Shown here: positions 39,554-47,959 of the stretch, piece by piece
How the letters are laid out: the number at the start of each line of letters is the position of its first letter
Position numbering within the stretch: position 1 is the first letter of the stretch
Source: Candidatus Nomurabacteria bacterium
Lineage (GTDB): Bacteria > Patescibacteriota > Minisyncoccia > Phycocordibacterales > UBA9973
NCBI GenBank assembly: GCA_023267275.1
Contig: JAHFNO010000004.1
Location: 1-63,561, forward strand
Direction of reading: 5' to 3'
DNA: 63,561 nt
The notes under the pieces: model-generated
The model's input: only the letters and a program-made list of their open reading frames with translations
Told to the model about the DNA's origin: nothing
Databases searched by the model: none
Position numbers and translations under genes: made by a program

Positions 39554-40459
39554 ACTCGCGGTGCCAGTAAGCTGGCCGATGGCCTGCGCCATGTATCCAG
39601 TCACATCGTCATACATTTTGAGTCCTGCCACCTCTGCAACAGTAAACCAACGTGCATCATCGAGACCACCGGAATTGTTTTCGAGCGTTACCGGAACATA
39701 CGGAGACTCTGCAAGGAAAAAGGTAACGTGCTTTCGGATTTTTCCTTTTTGTGGATGTGACGCGATGTATTCACTCTCGCCGACAATACCCACAATTTTG
39801 ATATCAAGATTTACTTCTTCTTTGATTTCGCGCACTGCTGCTTGCTCGGGTGTTTCGCCTTCTTCTACTCCACCTTTTGAAAGAGTCCAGTAACCGAAAA
39901 TATCATGTACAAGCGCAAAATATAATTCGTCACCATTGCGCGCATAAATGAGCGCACCGGCTTTTTGTTCAAGTGGAAGTGTCGTAATATCTACTTCCTC
40001 ATTTTTCTTTTGATGCTTGGACTTTTGGTCTTTGCCTGGCTCGCCTATTTCTTTATAGACAGCGCCAAGTACTCCGTTTACAAAACGAGAAGAACTATCT
40101 CCGCCGAATGTTTTTGCAAGTTCGATTGATTCATTGATGGCTACTTTTGGAGGTACTTCGTTGTGATCACCAAACAAAAGTTCACCGAGACCCATGCGCA
40201 AAATATTGCGGTCAACGGCGTTTATTTTTTCAATTGGCCACTCAGGTGCAGCCTTTTCAATAATCTGATCGATAATTTCACGCTTGTCGATGACATATCC
40301 AAGAATCTTCTTCATGAAAGCGAGGTCCTCGTTTCCAGGCGCAAATTCGCCCTCGTTGCGTTCAAGCATAGAAACAATCCCTTCGTTGGGATAATTTTTA
40401 AAATCCCACTCAAAGAGTGTTTGGAGAACTATAGACCTTGAAAGGTGGCGATTTGCCAT
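39551..40459 (-). CDS. nusB: NusB antitermination factor fused to a C-terminal NUDIX hydrolase domain
   Basis: N-terminal MANRHLSRSIVLQTLFEWDF..RFVNGVLGAVYKEI is NusB-like. The C-terminal part carries the Nudix box GGVEEGETPEQAAVREIKEEVNL. Confidence 0.85.
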   Translation of the reverse strand: MANRHLSRSIVLQTLFEWDFKNYPNEGIVSMLERNEGEFAPGNEDLAFMKKILGYVIDKREIIDQIIEKAAPEWPIEKINAVDRNILRMGLGELLFGDHNEVPPKVAINESIELAKTFGGDSSSRFVNGVLGAVYKEIGEPGKDQKSKHQKKNEEVDITTLPLEQKAGALIYARNGDELYFALVHDIFGYWTLSKGGVEEGETPEQAAVREIKEEVNLDIKIVGIVGESEYIASHPQKGKIRKHVTFFLAESPYVPVTLENNSGGLDDARWFTVAEVAGLKMYDDVTGYMAQAIGQLTGTAS

Positions 40460-40574
40460 AGATATGAATGAAATTGTTTGTTTAAAGAAACAGATCGAAT
40501 GTAGAGAAGACAATGGAGAAAAAAATTCTCAACCTCTCCTCTCTGCACTACAAAAACAGCACGATTATTCGATG

Positions 40575-40781
40575 TTACTTGCTCTTTTTTGTCTTTTTCT
40601 CAACACCCTTTACGATATCGAGAACTTTGCGTCCACGGTAGTGACCACAGGCCATACACACAGTGTGTGGAGGGCGGAGTGTTCCACAGTGTGAACACTT
40701 TGAAAATGCCGCGCTCTTGAGAGCGTGGTGACTACGGCGATTTGCCGTATGAGCATGTGTGTGACGCATTCGAATAACCAT
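40575..40781 (-). CDS. rpmF: 50S ribosomal protein L32
   Basis: [29 protein letters not shown] zinc-ribbon pattern. The start is either MVIRM or MRHTH. Confidence 0.85.
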   Translation of the reverse strand: MVIRMRHTHAHTANRRSHHALKSAAFSKCSHCGTLRPPHTVCMACGHYRGRKVLDIVKGVEKKTKKSK

Positions 40782-40994
40782 ACAGGGCTGATAATAGCAT
40801 TTTTAAAAAAAAAATGCAACCACACTGCTTGAGTCGTACTCGACTTATGGAAGTAGCTGTTCCCTTGAGTACAAGAATCAGCCTTAAAATCCCAATATCT
40901 AAATTTATAAAGAAAATCTAAAAAAAACACTTACACTGTAACAAAAAGAATAATCTCTGTGCTTTATTAACCAAATCTTGTATTATCATTAAAT

Positions 40995-41831
40995 ATGACA
41001 ATGGCTATTGCTATTCCAATAACTTCCGCTCTGCTAGCCGCAATTGCGAGTATTTTAGCTCGCATGCTTCTTAAAGATATTCCTACTAAAAAAATTCTTT
41101 CTGTGAATTTTTTTATAATGGCAATAACACTATTGTTTCTATCACCGCTATTTTATAAATTCATATTTTCGTGGAAAAGCATTGGTCTTGTTTTTTTAAT
41201 AGCAATCATTGATACACTTGCAAATTATTTTTATTTTAAAACTTTTGAAAAAACGGAAGCGAGTATCGCTGTGCCAATCCTTTCTCTTGCTCCAATAATA
41301 ACATTTTTATTTAGTGCAATTTTTTTAGCAGAATTTCCACCAGTTATAAACATAATAAGTGCTATGTGTATAATGATACTTGTCATAATCTTTTCTACTG
41401 ATTTCAAAAACTTACCTAGATTTAATACAACGACACTGTATCCAGCATTACTATCTTCACTTCTTTTTGGAATTTCTGCAATTCCAAGTAAATACCTCCT
41501 TTCTACATTAAGAGCTACAAATGCCCCTACACTCTATATGATTCGGGCAATTCTTATCGGACTTTTTTCTTTACTTATTTTCAAAGATTCGTTTAAAGCT
41601 TTAGATTTAAAAATCTATACGTTCATCTTTGTGCGCGGATTATTTGTCATTGGTCAATGGGTTTTATTATATTATGCGTTGACCTTGGGAAGCACAGGGG
41701 TCGCTATAACCCTTGGTAACATAACGCCAATTTTTGTGTTCATTTTAAGTTTACTCTTCTTAAAAGAGAAACCAACACTTAAAAAAGTGTTGGTTTCAAT
41801 ACTAATTTTAGTAGCTTCTTTTTTTATCTAA
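40995..41831 (+). CDS. EamA/DMT-family transporter
   Basis: About 10 TM segments in two homologous halves, with EamA-like blocks (LANYFYFKTFEKTEASIAVPI). Confidence 0.7.
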   Translation: MTMAIAIPITSALLAAIASILARMLLKDIPTKKILSVNFFIMAITLLFLSPLFYKFIFSWKSIGLVFLIAIIDTLANYFYFKTFEKTEASIAVPILSLAPIITFLFSAIFLAEFPPVINIISAMCIMILVIIFSTDFKNLPRFNTTTLYPALLSSLLFGISAIPSKYLLSTLRATNAPTLYMIRAILIGLFSLLIFKDSFKALDLKIYTFIFVRGLFVIGQWVLLYYALTLGSTGVAITLGNITPIFVFILSLLFLKEKPTLKKVLVSILILVASFFI

Positions 41832-41835
41832 TCAA

Positions 41836-42936
41836 TTAAATTGCTTCATTTTCAATCGTTATTTCGCCGTGCATATCCTGCAACATTTTGTATTTTATTT
41901 CTTCGTAGCTAAAATTCTGAGCCAATAACCAAGCCAATTTGACTGTCATAGATTCAATGCTCATATCGAAAGCTGGAATAGCCAAATCATTATCTTTCAG
42001 AAATTTTCCATTTTCGTTCACTTGAAAACTAGCAATTCCGGCTGGAGCCTGACTTGTAACAACTATAGGGATTCTTTTTTCTTTAAGATATTCAATACCT
42101 TTACGCAAATGAGTACTTATGTCCCCTGCTCCAAACGATCTAAAAACAAAAGCTTTTATCCCATTATTTTCAACGAGTGATTGAAAAATATCTGGGGACA
42201 TTCCAGGAAACTCAGTAAGCGAAGCAATGCAAGATGCGTCAAACTCTTTTTTTACACTCAATACTCTAGATTGTATTGCTAAAGGTTTAATCTTAGAAAG
42301 GTACGAGTTGTGTTTATCAAGCGCTGTTTCGTCTATTCGCATAAATCTCCCAACCTGACCGAGTGATCCTTTTAAAAATGAAGAAAAAGGATCGTAATCG
42401 AAATCTGTACCTTTTTTAACTCTTACCCCCGATATTATTTTACTTCCAAAAACAGCAATAATGCCTTTTATAGGATGGTATCCCCAAACAGCCATACGAA
42501 GAGCATTAACTAGATTTGTAGTTGCATCACTTCCTAAATAACCCAAAGGTACCTGTGCTCCAGTTACAATTACTGGTTTGTTTATATTTTCCAAAGCAAA
42601 AGAAAGCGCTGCACAAGTATACCCCATCGTGTTTGTGCCATGAAGTAAAATAAATGCATCATAGTCATCATATGTTTCTTCTATTTTACTTATGATTGTT
42701 GTCCAATTACTTGGAAGCATATCGGAACTATCGACATTGAAAAGTTCCAAAATACTTGGCTCTATTTCGATTGCCCAATTTTTTTTCAAAATTTCTACAC
42801 ACGATTCAACCACCGAGCTAAAATTTGATGGGTCAGATTTAATATTTTCAGATACGTTACTAATAGCAACATTCCCGGCTATGGTTCCTCCGGTAAGTAT
42901 GATAAGTATTCTCTTTTTTGCGTAAGTTGTTGCCAT
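41836..42936 (-). CDS. type I L-asparaginase family protein
   Basis: ILTGGTIAG and HGTNTMGYT motifs. I prefer the start MATTYAKK at 42936. Confidence 0.8.
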   Translation of the reverse strand: MATTYAKKRILIILTGGTIAGNVAISNVSENIKSDPSNFSSVVESCVEILKKNWAIEIEPSILELFNVDSSDMLPSNWTTIISKIEETYDDYDAFILLHGTNTMGYTCAALSFALENINKPVIVTGAQVPLGYLGSDATTNLVNALRMAVWGYHPIKGIIAVFGSKIISGVRVKKGTDFDYDPFSSFLKGSLGQVGRFMRIDETALDKHNSYLSKIKPLAIQSRVLSVKKEFDASCIASLTEFPGMSPDIFQSLVENNGIKAFVFRSFGAGDISTHLRKGIEYLKEKRIPIVVTSQAPAGIASFQVNENGKFLKDNDLAIPAFDMSIESMTVKLAWLLAQNFSYEEIKYKMLQDMHGEITIENEAI

Positions 42937-42999
42937 AAAAAGTTTTATCGCTAAGTAATTTGAATAATACAATTAAACACAACTAAAGGCAAACCCTGT

Positions 43000-43605
43000 T
43001 TATTCCTTGATAACTGATTTAATTTTCTTCAAAAAACTCCTCCGGTGGAGTGGCGTGAGGCCGTGTTTCTTGATCGCCTCGTAATGTTTTCGTGTGCCAT
43101 ACCCGACGTGCGTTTCAAATCCGTACTCTGGGAACTTTTTTGCTTGTTTTTGCATATGACGATCACGAATCACTTTTGCCACAATTGAAGCCAGAGCTAT
43201 CGCTGGAAATTTTTCATCACCTTTAATATATGTTTTTTGATTTTTGAACTCTACCGGGGCTTTCAATCCACCATCGAGGAGTACCTCGAGTTGAAAGTCG
43301 AAAGTCGAAAGTTTATAAAGTGAGCGCGCTAACGCGCGCTTGATTGCGGGAGCGATTCCAATCGTATCGATTGTCTTTGCCGAAATCATCGTGACACAAA
43401 AGTCACATTTTCCAGCTTTCTGCCAAATAAGTATTTGTGTATACCAAAGCTCACGTTGTTTTTGTGTGAGTTTTTTTGAATCGCGCAGCGGAATGGAAAA
43501 AGATTTAAGATTCAAGATATAAGAATCAAGATAAAACGCGCACACAGCCACCGGCCCCGCAAGTGGACCTCGACCAACTTCATCTATGCCAATAACTGAT
43601 TTCAT
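43000..43605 (-). CDS. rnhB: ribonuclease HII
   Basis: IGIDEVGRGPLAGPVAV and LLDGG motifs. I prefer the start MKSVIG at 43605. Confidence 0.9.
   Translation of the reverse strand: MKSVIGIDEVGRGPLAGPVAVCAFYLDSYILNLKSFSIPLRDSKKLTQKQRELWYTQILIWQKAGKCDFCVTMISAKTIDTIGIAPAIKRALARSLYKLSTFDFQLEVLLDGGLKAPVEFKNQKTYIKGDEKFPAIALASIVAKVIRDRHMQKQAKKFPEYGFETHVGYGTRKHYEAIKKHGLTPLHRRSFLKKIKSVIKE
43293..43321 (+). repeat. GAAAGTC GAAAGTC GAAAGTT TATAAAGT repeat inside the rnhB coding sequence
   Basis: On the coding strand it encodes YKLSTFDFQL, a segment between conserved RNase HII blocks. Confidence 0.7.
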
Positions 43606-43620
43606 TTGCCCATCATAACA

Positions 43621-43650
43621 AAAGGCCTGCAAAATGTCGCAGGCCTAAAA
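43621..43650 (-). terminator. rho-independent terminator upstream of rnhB
   Basis: Minus strand: AGGCCTGC-GACATTTT-GCAGGCCT followed by TTTTGTT. Confidence 0.65.
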
Positions 43651-43808
43651 AATGTATGGATAATTATGTTTTTTGTATTTACATAAACAAACAAAAAAAT
43701 CGAATATCCAAAATACAATAAGTGGGAATATACATAAACGTCTAAGCATAGTCGTGTGTTTGTATAAAAAGTACTCCTTACCTAAAAAATGTCAAATGAA
43801 AAACCACC

Positions 43809-44069
43809 CTATTCGGATGGCTCTATGATGAGTACTGATTTTACTAATTCGACTAAAGCGTCTTGTTCTTGTGCAATTTTTTCTTTTTTAGCAATTTTAT
43901 ATGCCAAACAAGGAGTCTTACATTCACACATACTACCCGAATCAAGAAACGAACACGGTGGAATTTTTATATTATTTTTTTTGGTATTTTTACTATTCCA
44001 GTCAGAGAGAACAGTGTGAATGTGTTTTCTCACTTGAATCTTTTCGGAACAACGAACATATTTTTCCAT
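43809..44069 (-). CDS. small Cys-containing hypothetical protein
   Basis: 86-aa ORF. No family recognised. Confidence 0.4.
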   Translation of the reverse strand: MEKYVRCSEKIQVRKHIHTVLSDWNSKNTKKNNIKIPPCSFLDSGSMCECKTPCLAYKIAKKEKIAQEQDALVELVKSVLIIEPSE

Positions 44070-44123
44070 AGGGGATCATTTTTATTTATTCTTACTGTAC
44101 TCCGTAGAATTCTAGTGTCAATA

Positions 44124-44153
44124 CAAAAAAATACCTGCACAATCGTGCAGGTA
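44124..44153 (-). terminator. rho-independent terminator
   Basis: Minus strand: TACCTGCAC-GATT-GTGCAGGTA followed by TTTTTTT. Confidence 0.75.
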
Positions 44154-44155
44154 AA

Positions 44156-44548
44156 TCATTTTACTAGAAGTTTGCACTTCTTCTTTTTCTTCTTTTTTAC
44201 TGTCTTCACATACTCACGGTAAATGATGGCTGGTTTTGGAAGATACAACTGCGCAATAAGGTCAAAATTAACCCGATCGTGGACTCTTAGCATGGTTTCT
44301 TCATCAACCCCAAATTCGTTTTTTTCCCTGTAAAATGAACTCTCCAGAGCTTTTTGATAATGCGGGTTATCTTTCAAAAAAGATTCAATCTCTTTGTCTA
44401 TATCATCAGATAAAGATTCAAATATATATCCGATGGCTTCTCTAGTAGAGAGTCCTACCCTTTGCGTTTGTGACATGATGCGTTTTTTAAAAACAATACC
44501 ACTATGATTTTTTTTGTCAATTACCACTAGATACTGATATACCCGCAC
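44156..44548 (-). CDS. hypothetical protein; start uncertain
   Basis: The GTG at 44548 lies inside a 22-bp inverted repeat. The ATG at 44476 (MSQTQRV) is an alternative start. Confidence 0.5.
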   Translation of the reverse strand: MRVYQYLVVIDKKNHSGIVFKKRIMSQTQRVGLSTREAIGYIFESLSDDIDKEIESFLKDNPHYQKALESSFYREKNEFGVDEETMLRVHDRVNFDLIAQLYLPKPAIIYREYVKTVKKKKKKKCKLLVK

Positions 44549-44611
44549 ACTTACTTTTTTGATGTGTTTTGCACGAGGTACACTCTTTCAAAAAAGTAAG
44601 TGTGCGGGTAT
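44539..44611. repeat. perfect 22-bp inverted repeat with a 29-nt spacer
   Basis: ATACCCGCACACTTACTTTTTT (44539-44560) pairs with AAAAAAGTAAGTGTGCGGGTAT (44590-44611) in the divergent region upstream of dnaE. Confidence 0.85.
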
Positions 44612-44720
44612 ACTACCTTCACCAATGGCATCAAAATTCGTCCACCCCAAAAGCAAAGTCTCGTATCGAATGCACACTCGACTTGCTACGGGGCAGGTCT
44701 CCATACTCAACATTTAATTT

Positions 44721-47700
44721 ATGTCCAGCAAATTTATACACCTACATACCCATAGTCATTATTCCCTGCTCGACGGTCTTACCAAATTGGAAGACATGGT
44801 AGACATTGCAAAAAAGAATGACCAAACTGCAATTGCACTCACCGACCACGGAAACATGTACGGTGCAATCGAATTCTACAAACTCGCAAAGAAAAAAGGC
44901 ATCAAGCCGATCATCGGTGTTGAAGCCTACATGACGGCAGGTTCACGCAAAGAAAAAAGTGCGGAGACCGGACAAAAGCGTTACTACCACCTCATTCTGC
45001 TCGCCAAAAATCTACAGGGATACAAAAATCTCATGCGTCTTGTAACGATTGCCAATCTCGAAGGCTATTATTACAAGCCGCGCATGGACAAAGAAATTTT
45101 GCGTGAATATCACGAAGGTATCATCGCGCTTTCTGGATGTATGGGTGGCGAACTTTCACAAACACTCCTTGCTAGCAATGACGAAAAAGCTGACGAGCTC
45201 ATTGCTGAGTATCAAGATATTTTTGGTAAAGAAAATTATTTTATTGAGATCCAAGCACACCCTACAATCGAGCGCGATGCCGAACTGCGCGGCAAGCTTG
45301 TTGCTATCGCAAAAAAACACAACATCCCCGTCGTTGCGACACAAGACTCTCACTATCCGTGCAAAGACGACCATGAAGCGCATAACACACTCCTGCAAGT
45401 AAACACACAAGGAGACAACAACGGCGGAAAATTCGAATTTTCAAAAGATGACTTTTCACTCATCGATGAAAAAACAGCGCTCGAATATTTTAGCGACGTT
45501 CCAGATTCTGTTGCAAATACATCTATCGTCGCAGATATGTGTGAGAATTATGAAATCGAACTTGGCGTTGCATACTTCCCTGACTTTCCTCTTCCTGAAG
45601 GTATAACCTCCGATGCAAAATTGCGCGAACTCGCATATGAAGGTTTCGCATTTCGCGAACTTCCACAAACAAAGCCTTATCTCGACCGCCTTGAATACGA
45701 ACTCGGCGTCATCAAACAAAAAGGTTACGCTGGATACTTTCTGGTAGTGGGAGATTTGTTGCGCTTCGCCCGTGAAGTGGGAATTCTTACAAATATTCGA
45801 GGATCGGTTGCGGGCTCACTCACCACATATCTCATTGGTATTACCAATGTGGATCCACTCACCTATAAACTTCCTTTCGAACGTTTCTTGAACCCTGAGC
45901 GTCCATCACTCCCCGATATCGATATGGACTATGCCGATAACCGTCGCGAAGAAATGATTGCGTATGCAAAACAAAAATACGGTGAAGACCGCGTAGCACA
46001 GATCGGAACATTTGGAACAATGATGGCAAAAGGTTCGGTACGTGATGTAGCGCGTGCGCTCGGTTATCCGTACACGATTGGTGACCGTATCTCGAGTATG
46101 ATTCCGCTCGGAAGTCAGGGTATGCCGATGACTATCAAACATGCGATGGAAATGGTTCCCGAACTTGCTGAGGCATACAAAAAAGAATCAGATACAAAAC
46201 GTATTATCGACCTCGCAAAAAAAATGGAAGGCTGTGTTCGTCACGTTTCCGTGCATGCTGCGGGAGTGGTGATCGCACCAAAACCATTGTATGAATTTGC
46301 ACCGATTCAATATGATCCAAAAGGCGGAAACATCATCACGCAATACGACATGCACTACATCGAGGATGTGGGTCTACCGAAATTCGACTTCCTTGGAATT
46401 CGTAACCTCGCGATTCTTGCCGACGCTGTGCGTCTCGTAAAAATGCTGCGCAACGAGGATGTAAACCTCGACAAAGTTCCGCTTGAAGACAAGCTCACAT
46501 TTGAAATGCTTGCTCGCGGAGAGACGATGGGGCTCTTCCAATTGAACGGCTCTGGCATGACGGCGTATCTCAAACAATTGAAGCCCACAACAATCCACGA
46601 TATCAACGCAATGGTGGCACTCTATCGTCCAGGACCGATGGAAATGATTCCAGAATATATTAAACGTAAAGAAAATCCTGCCCTCGTTCGGTATCTTGAT
46701 CCGCGCATGAAAGATATTCTTGATCAATCATACGGAGTGATCACCTACCAAGATGACGTGATGATGATCGCGATTAAACTCGCAGGTTATTCATGGCTCG
46801 AGGCCGACAAACTGCGAAAGGCTATGGGTAAAAAGATTCCTGCCGAAATGGAAGCGCAAAAAGGAAAACTGCTTACTGGTTTCGTTGAACACGGACTCAC
46901 CCAACAAAAAGCACAAGAACTTTGGGAGCTCATCGAGCCATTTGCCGCGTACGGATTCAACAAGGCGCATGCGGCGAGTTATGGTCGCGTGGCGTATCAA
47001 ACCGCATACATGAAGGCAAACTTCCCTGTCGAATATATGTGTGCCATCCTCACCGCTGAATCTGGTGACGTAGAAAAGGTGGCGGAAATAATCGGCGAGG
47101 CAGTGAAAATGGGAATCACGGTGCTTCCTCCAGAAATCAATGCAAGTTTCGCCGACTTTACCGTAGTCAACAATTCCAATGTACCCGGCGAAGGAATTAT
47201 TCGCTTTGGATTGCTCACTATCAAAAACTTTGGGTCAGATATTGCCGATGCAATTATTGCCGAACGCAAATCGCGTGGACCATTTAAATCTATCACTGAA
47301 TTTTTGGAGCGCATCACTCACAAAAACCTCAACAAAAAATCACTTGAAGCACTCGTAAAATCTGGAGCAACGGACAATTTCGGCGAACGCGGAAAACTGC
47401 TCGCCAATATGGAAACAATGCTTGCTTACAACAAAGAGCGTCAAAATACCGGCTCGCAAGTGTCGCTCTTTGGAGATATGCCGGAACAAGTACTCTCGCT
47501 CACACTTATGGACGCTCCGCCTGCAGAACAAATCGATAAATTGAAATGGGAAAAAGAATTGCTTGGATTGTATGTTTCGGGTCATCCACTCGAACGCATC
47601 AAGGATCGCATTGAAAAAAGTGGTATGACAATCAAAAAAATCCGCGAGGAGTTGAAGGCTGGATTCCCTGCGACGTTTGCTTGTATGGTGGAAGAAGTAA

Positions 47701-47906
47701 AAGTCATTATCACAAAAACAAACGAGCGAATGGCGTTTGTAAAAGTCGGCGATCTCACTGGCTCGATTGAAGGAGTCGTCTTTACAAAATCATTTGCCGA
47801 ACTGCAAAATATTTTGCTTGTTGATACGATTGTGGCGATTCAAGCGCGAGTGTCTGAACGCAACGGCGAAAAAAGTCTTATTATTGAAAAAGCCAAAGCG
47901 GTATAA
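44721..47906 (+). CDS. dnaE: DNA polymerase III alpha subunit
   Basis: PHP domain FIHLHTHSHYSLLDG, 1061 aa, C-terminal OB fold. Confidence 0.97.
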   Translation: MSSKFIHLHTHSHYSLLDGLTKLEDMVDIAKKNDQTAIALTDHGNMYGAIEFYKLAKKKGIKPIIGVEAYMTAGSRKEKSAETGQKRYYHLILLAKNLQGYKNLMRLVTIANLEGYYYKPRMDKEILREYHEGIIALSGCMGGELSQTLLASNDEKADELIAEYQDIFGKENYFIEIQAHPTIERDAELRGKLVAIAKKHNIPVVATQDSHYPCKDDHEAHNTLLQVNTQGDNNGGKFEFSKDDFSLIDEKTALEYFSDVPDSVANTSIVADMCENYEIELGVAYFPDFPLPEGITSDAKLRELAYEGFAFRELPQTKPYLDRLEYELGVIKQKGYAGYFLVVGDLLRFAREVGILTNIRGSVAGSLTTYLIGITNVDPLTYKLPFERFLNPERPSLPDIDMDYADNRREEMIAYAKQKYGEDRVAQIGTFGTMMAKGSVRDVARALGYPYTIGDRISSMIPLGSQGMPMTIKHAMEMVPELAEAYKKESDTKRIIDLAKKMEGCVRHVSVHAAGVVIAPKPLYEFAPIQYDPKGGNIITQYDMHYIEDVGLPKFDFLGIRNLAILADAVRLVKMLRNEDVNLDKVPLEDKLTFEMLARGETMGLFQLNGSGMTAYLKQLKPTTIHDINAMVALYRPGPMEMIPEYIKRKENPALVRYLDPRMKDILDQSYGVITYQDDVMMIAIKLAGYSWLEADKLRKAMGKKIPAEMEAQKGKLLTGFVEHGLTQQKAQELWELIEPFAAYGFNKAHAASYGRVAYQTAYMKANFPVEYMCAILTAESGDVEKVAEIIGEAVKMGITVLPPEINASFADFTVVNNSNVPGEGIIRFGLLTIKNFGSDIADAIIAERKSRGPFKSITEFLERITHKNLNKKSLEALVKSGATDNFGERGKLLANMETMLAYNKERQNTGSQVSLFGDMPEQVLSLTLMDAPPAEQIDKLKWEKELLGLYVSGHPLERIKDRIEKSGMTIKKIREELKAGFPATFACMVEEVKVIITKTNERMAFVKVGDLTGSIEGVVFTKSFAELQNILLVDTIVAIQARVSERNGEKSLIIEKAKAV

Positions 47907-47913
47907 TATTGTA

Positions 47914-47956
47914 TTCCTCCCTTCCTTACTGAGGAGGGGATTGAGGGGAGGTGATT
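47914..47956 (+). repeat. diverged copy of the GC-rich palindromic element (reverse orientation) providing an SD for thrS
   Basis: ATTCCTCCCTTCCTTACTGAGGAGGGGATTGAGGGGAGGTGATT. GGAGGTGAT ends 8 nt before ATG 47960. Confidence 0.7.
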
Positions 47957-47959
47957 ATC

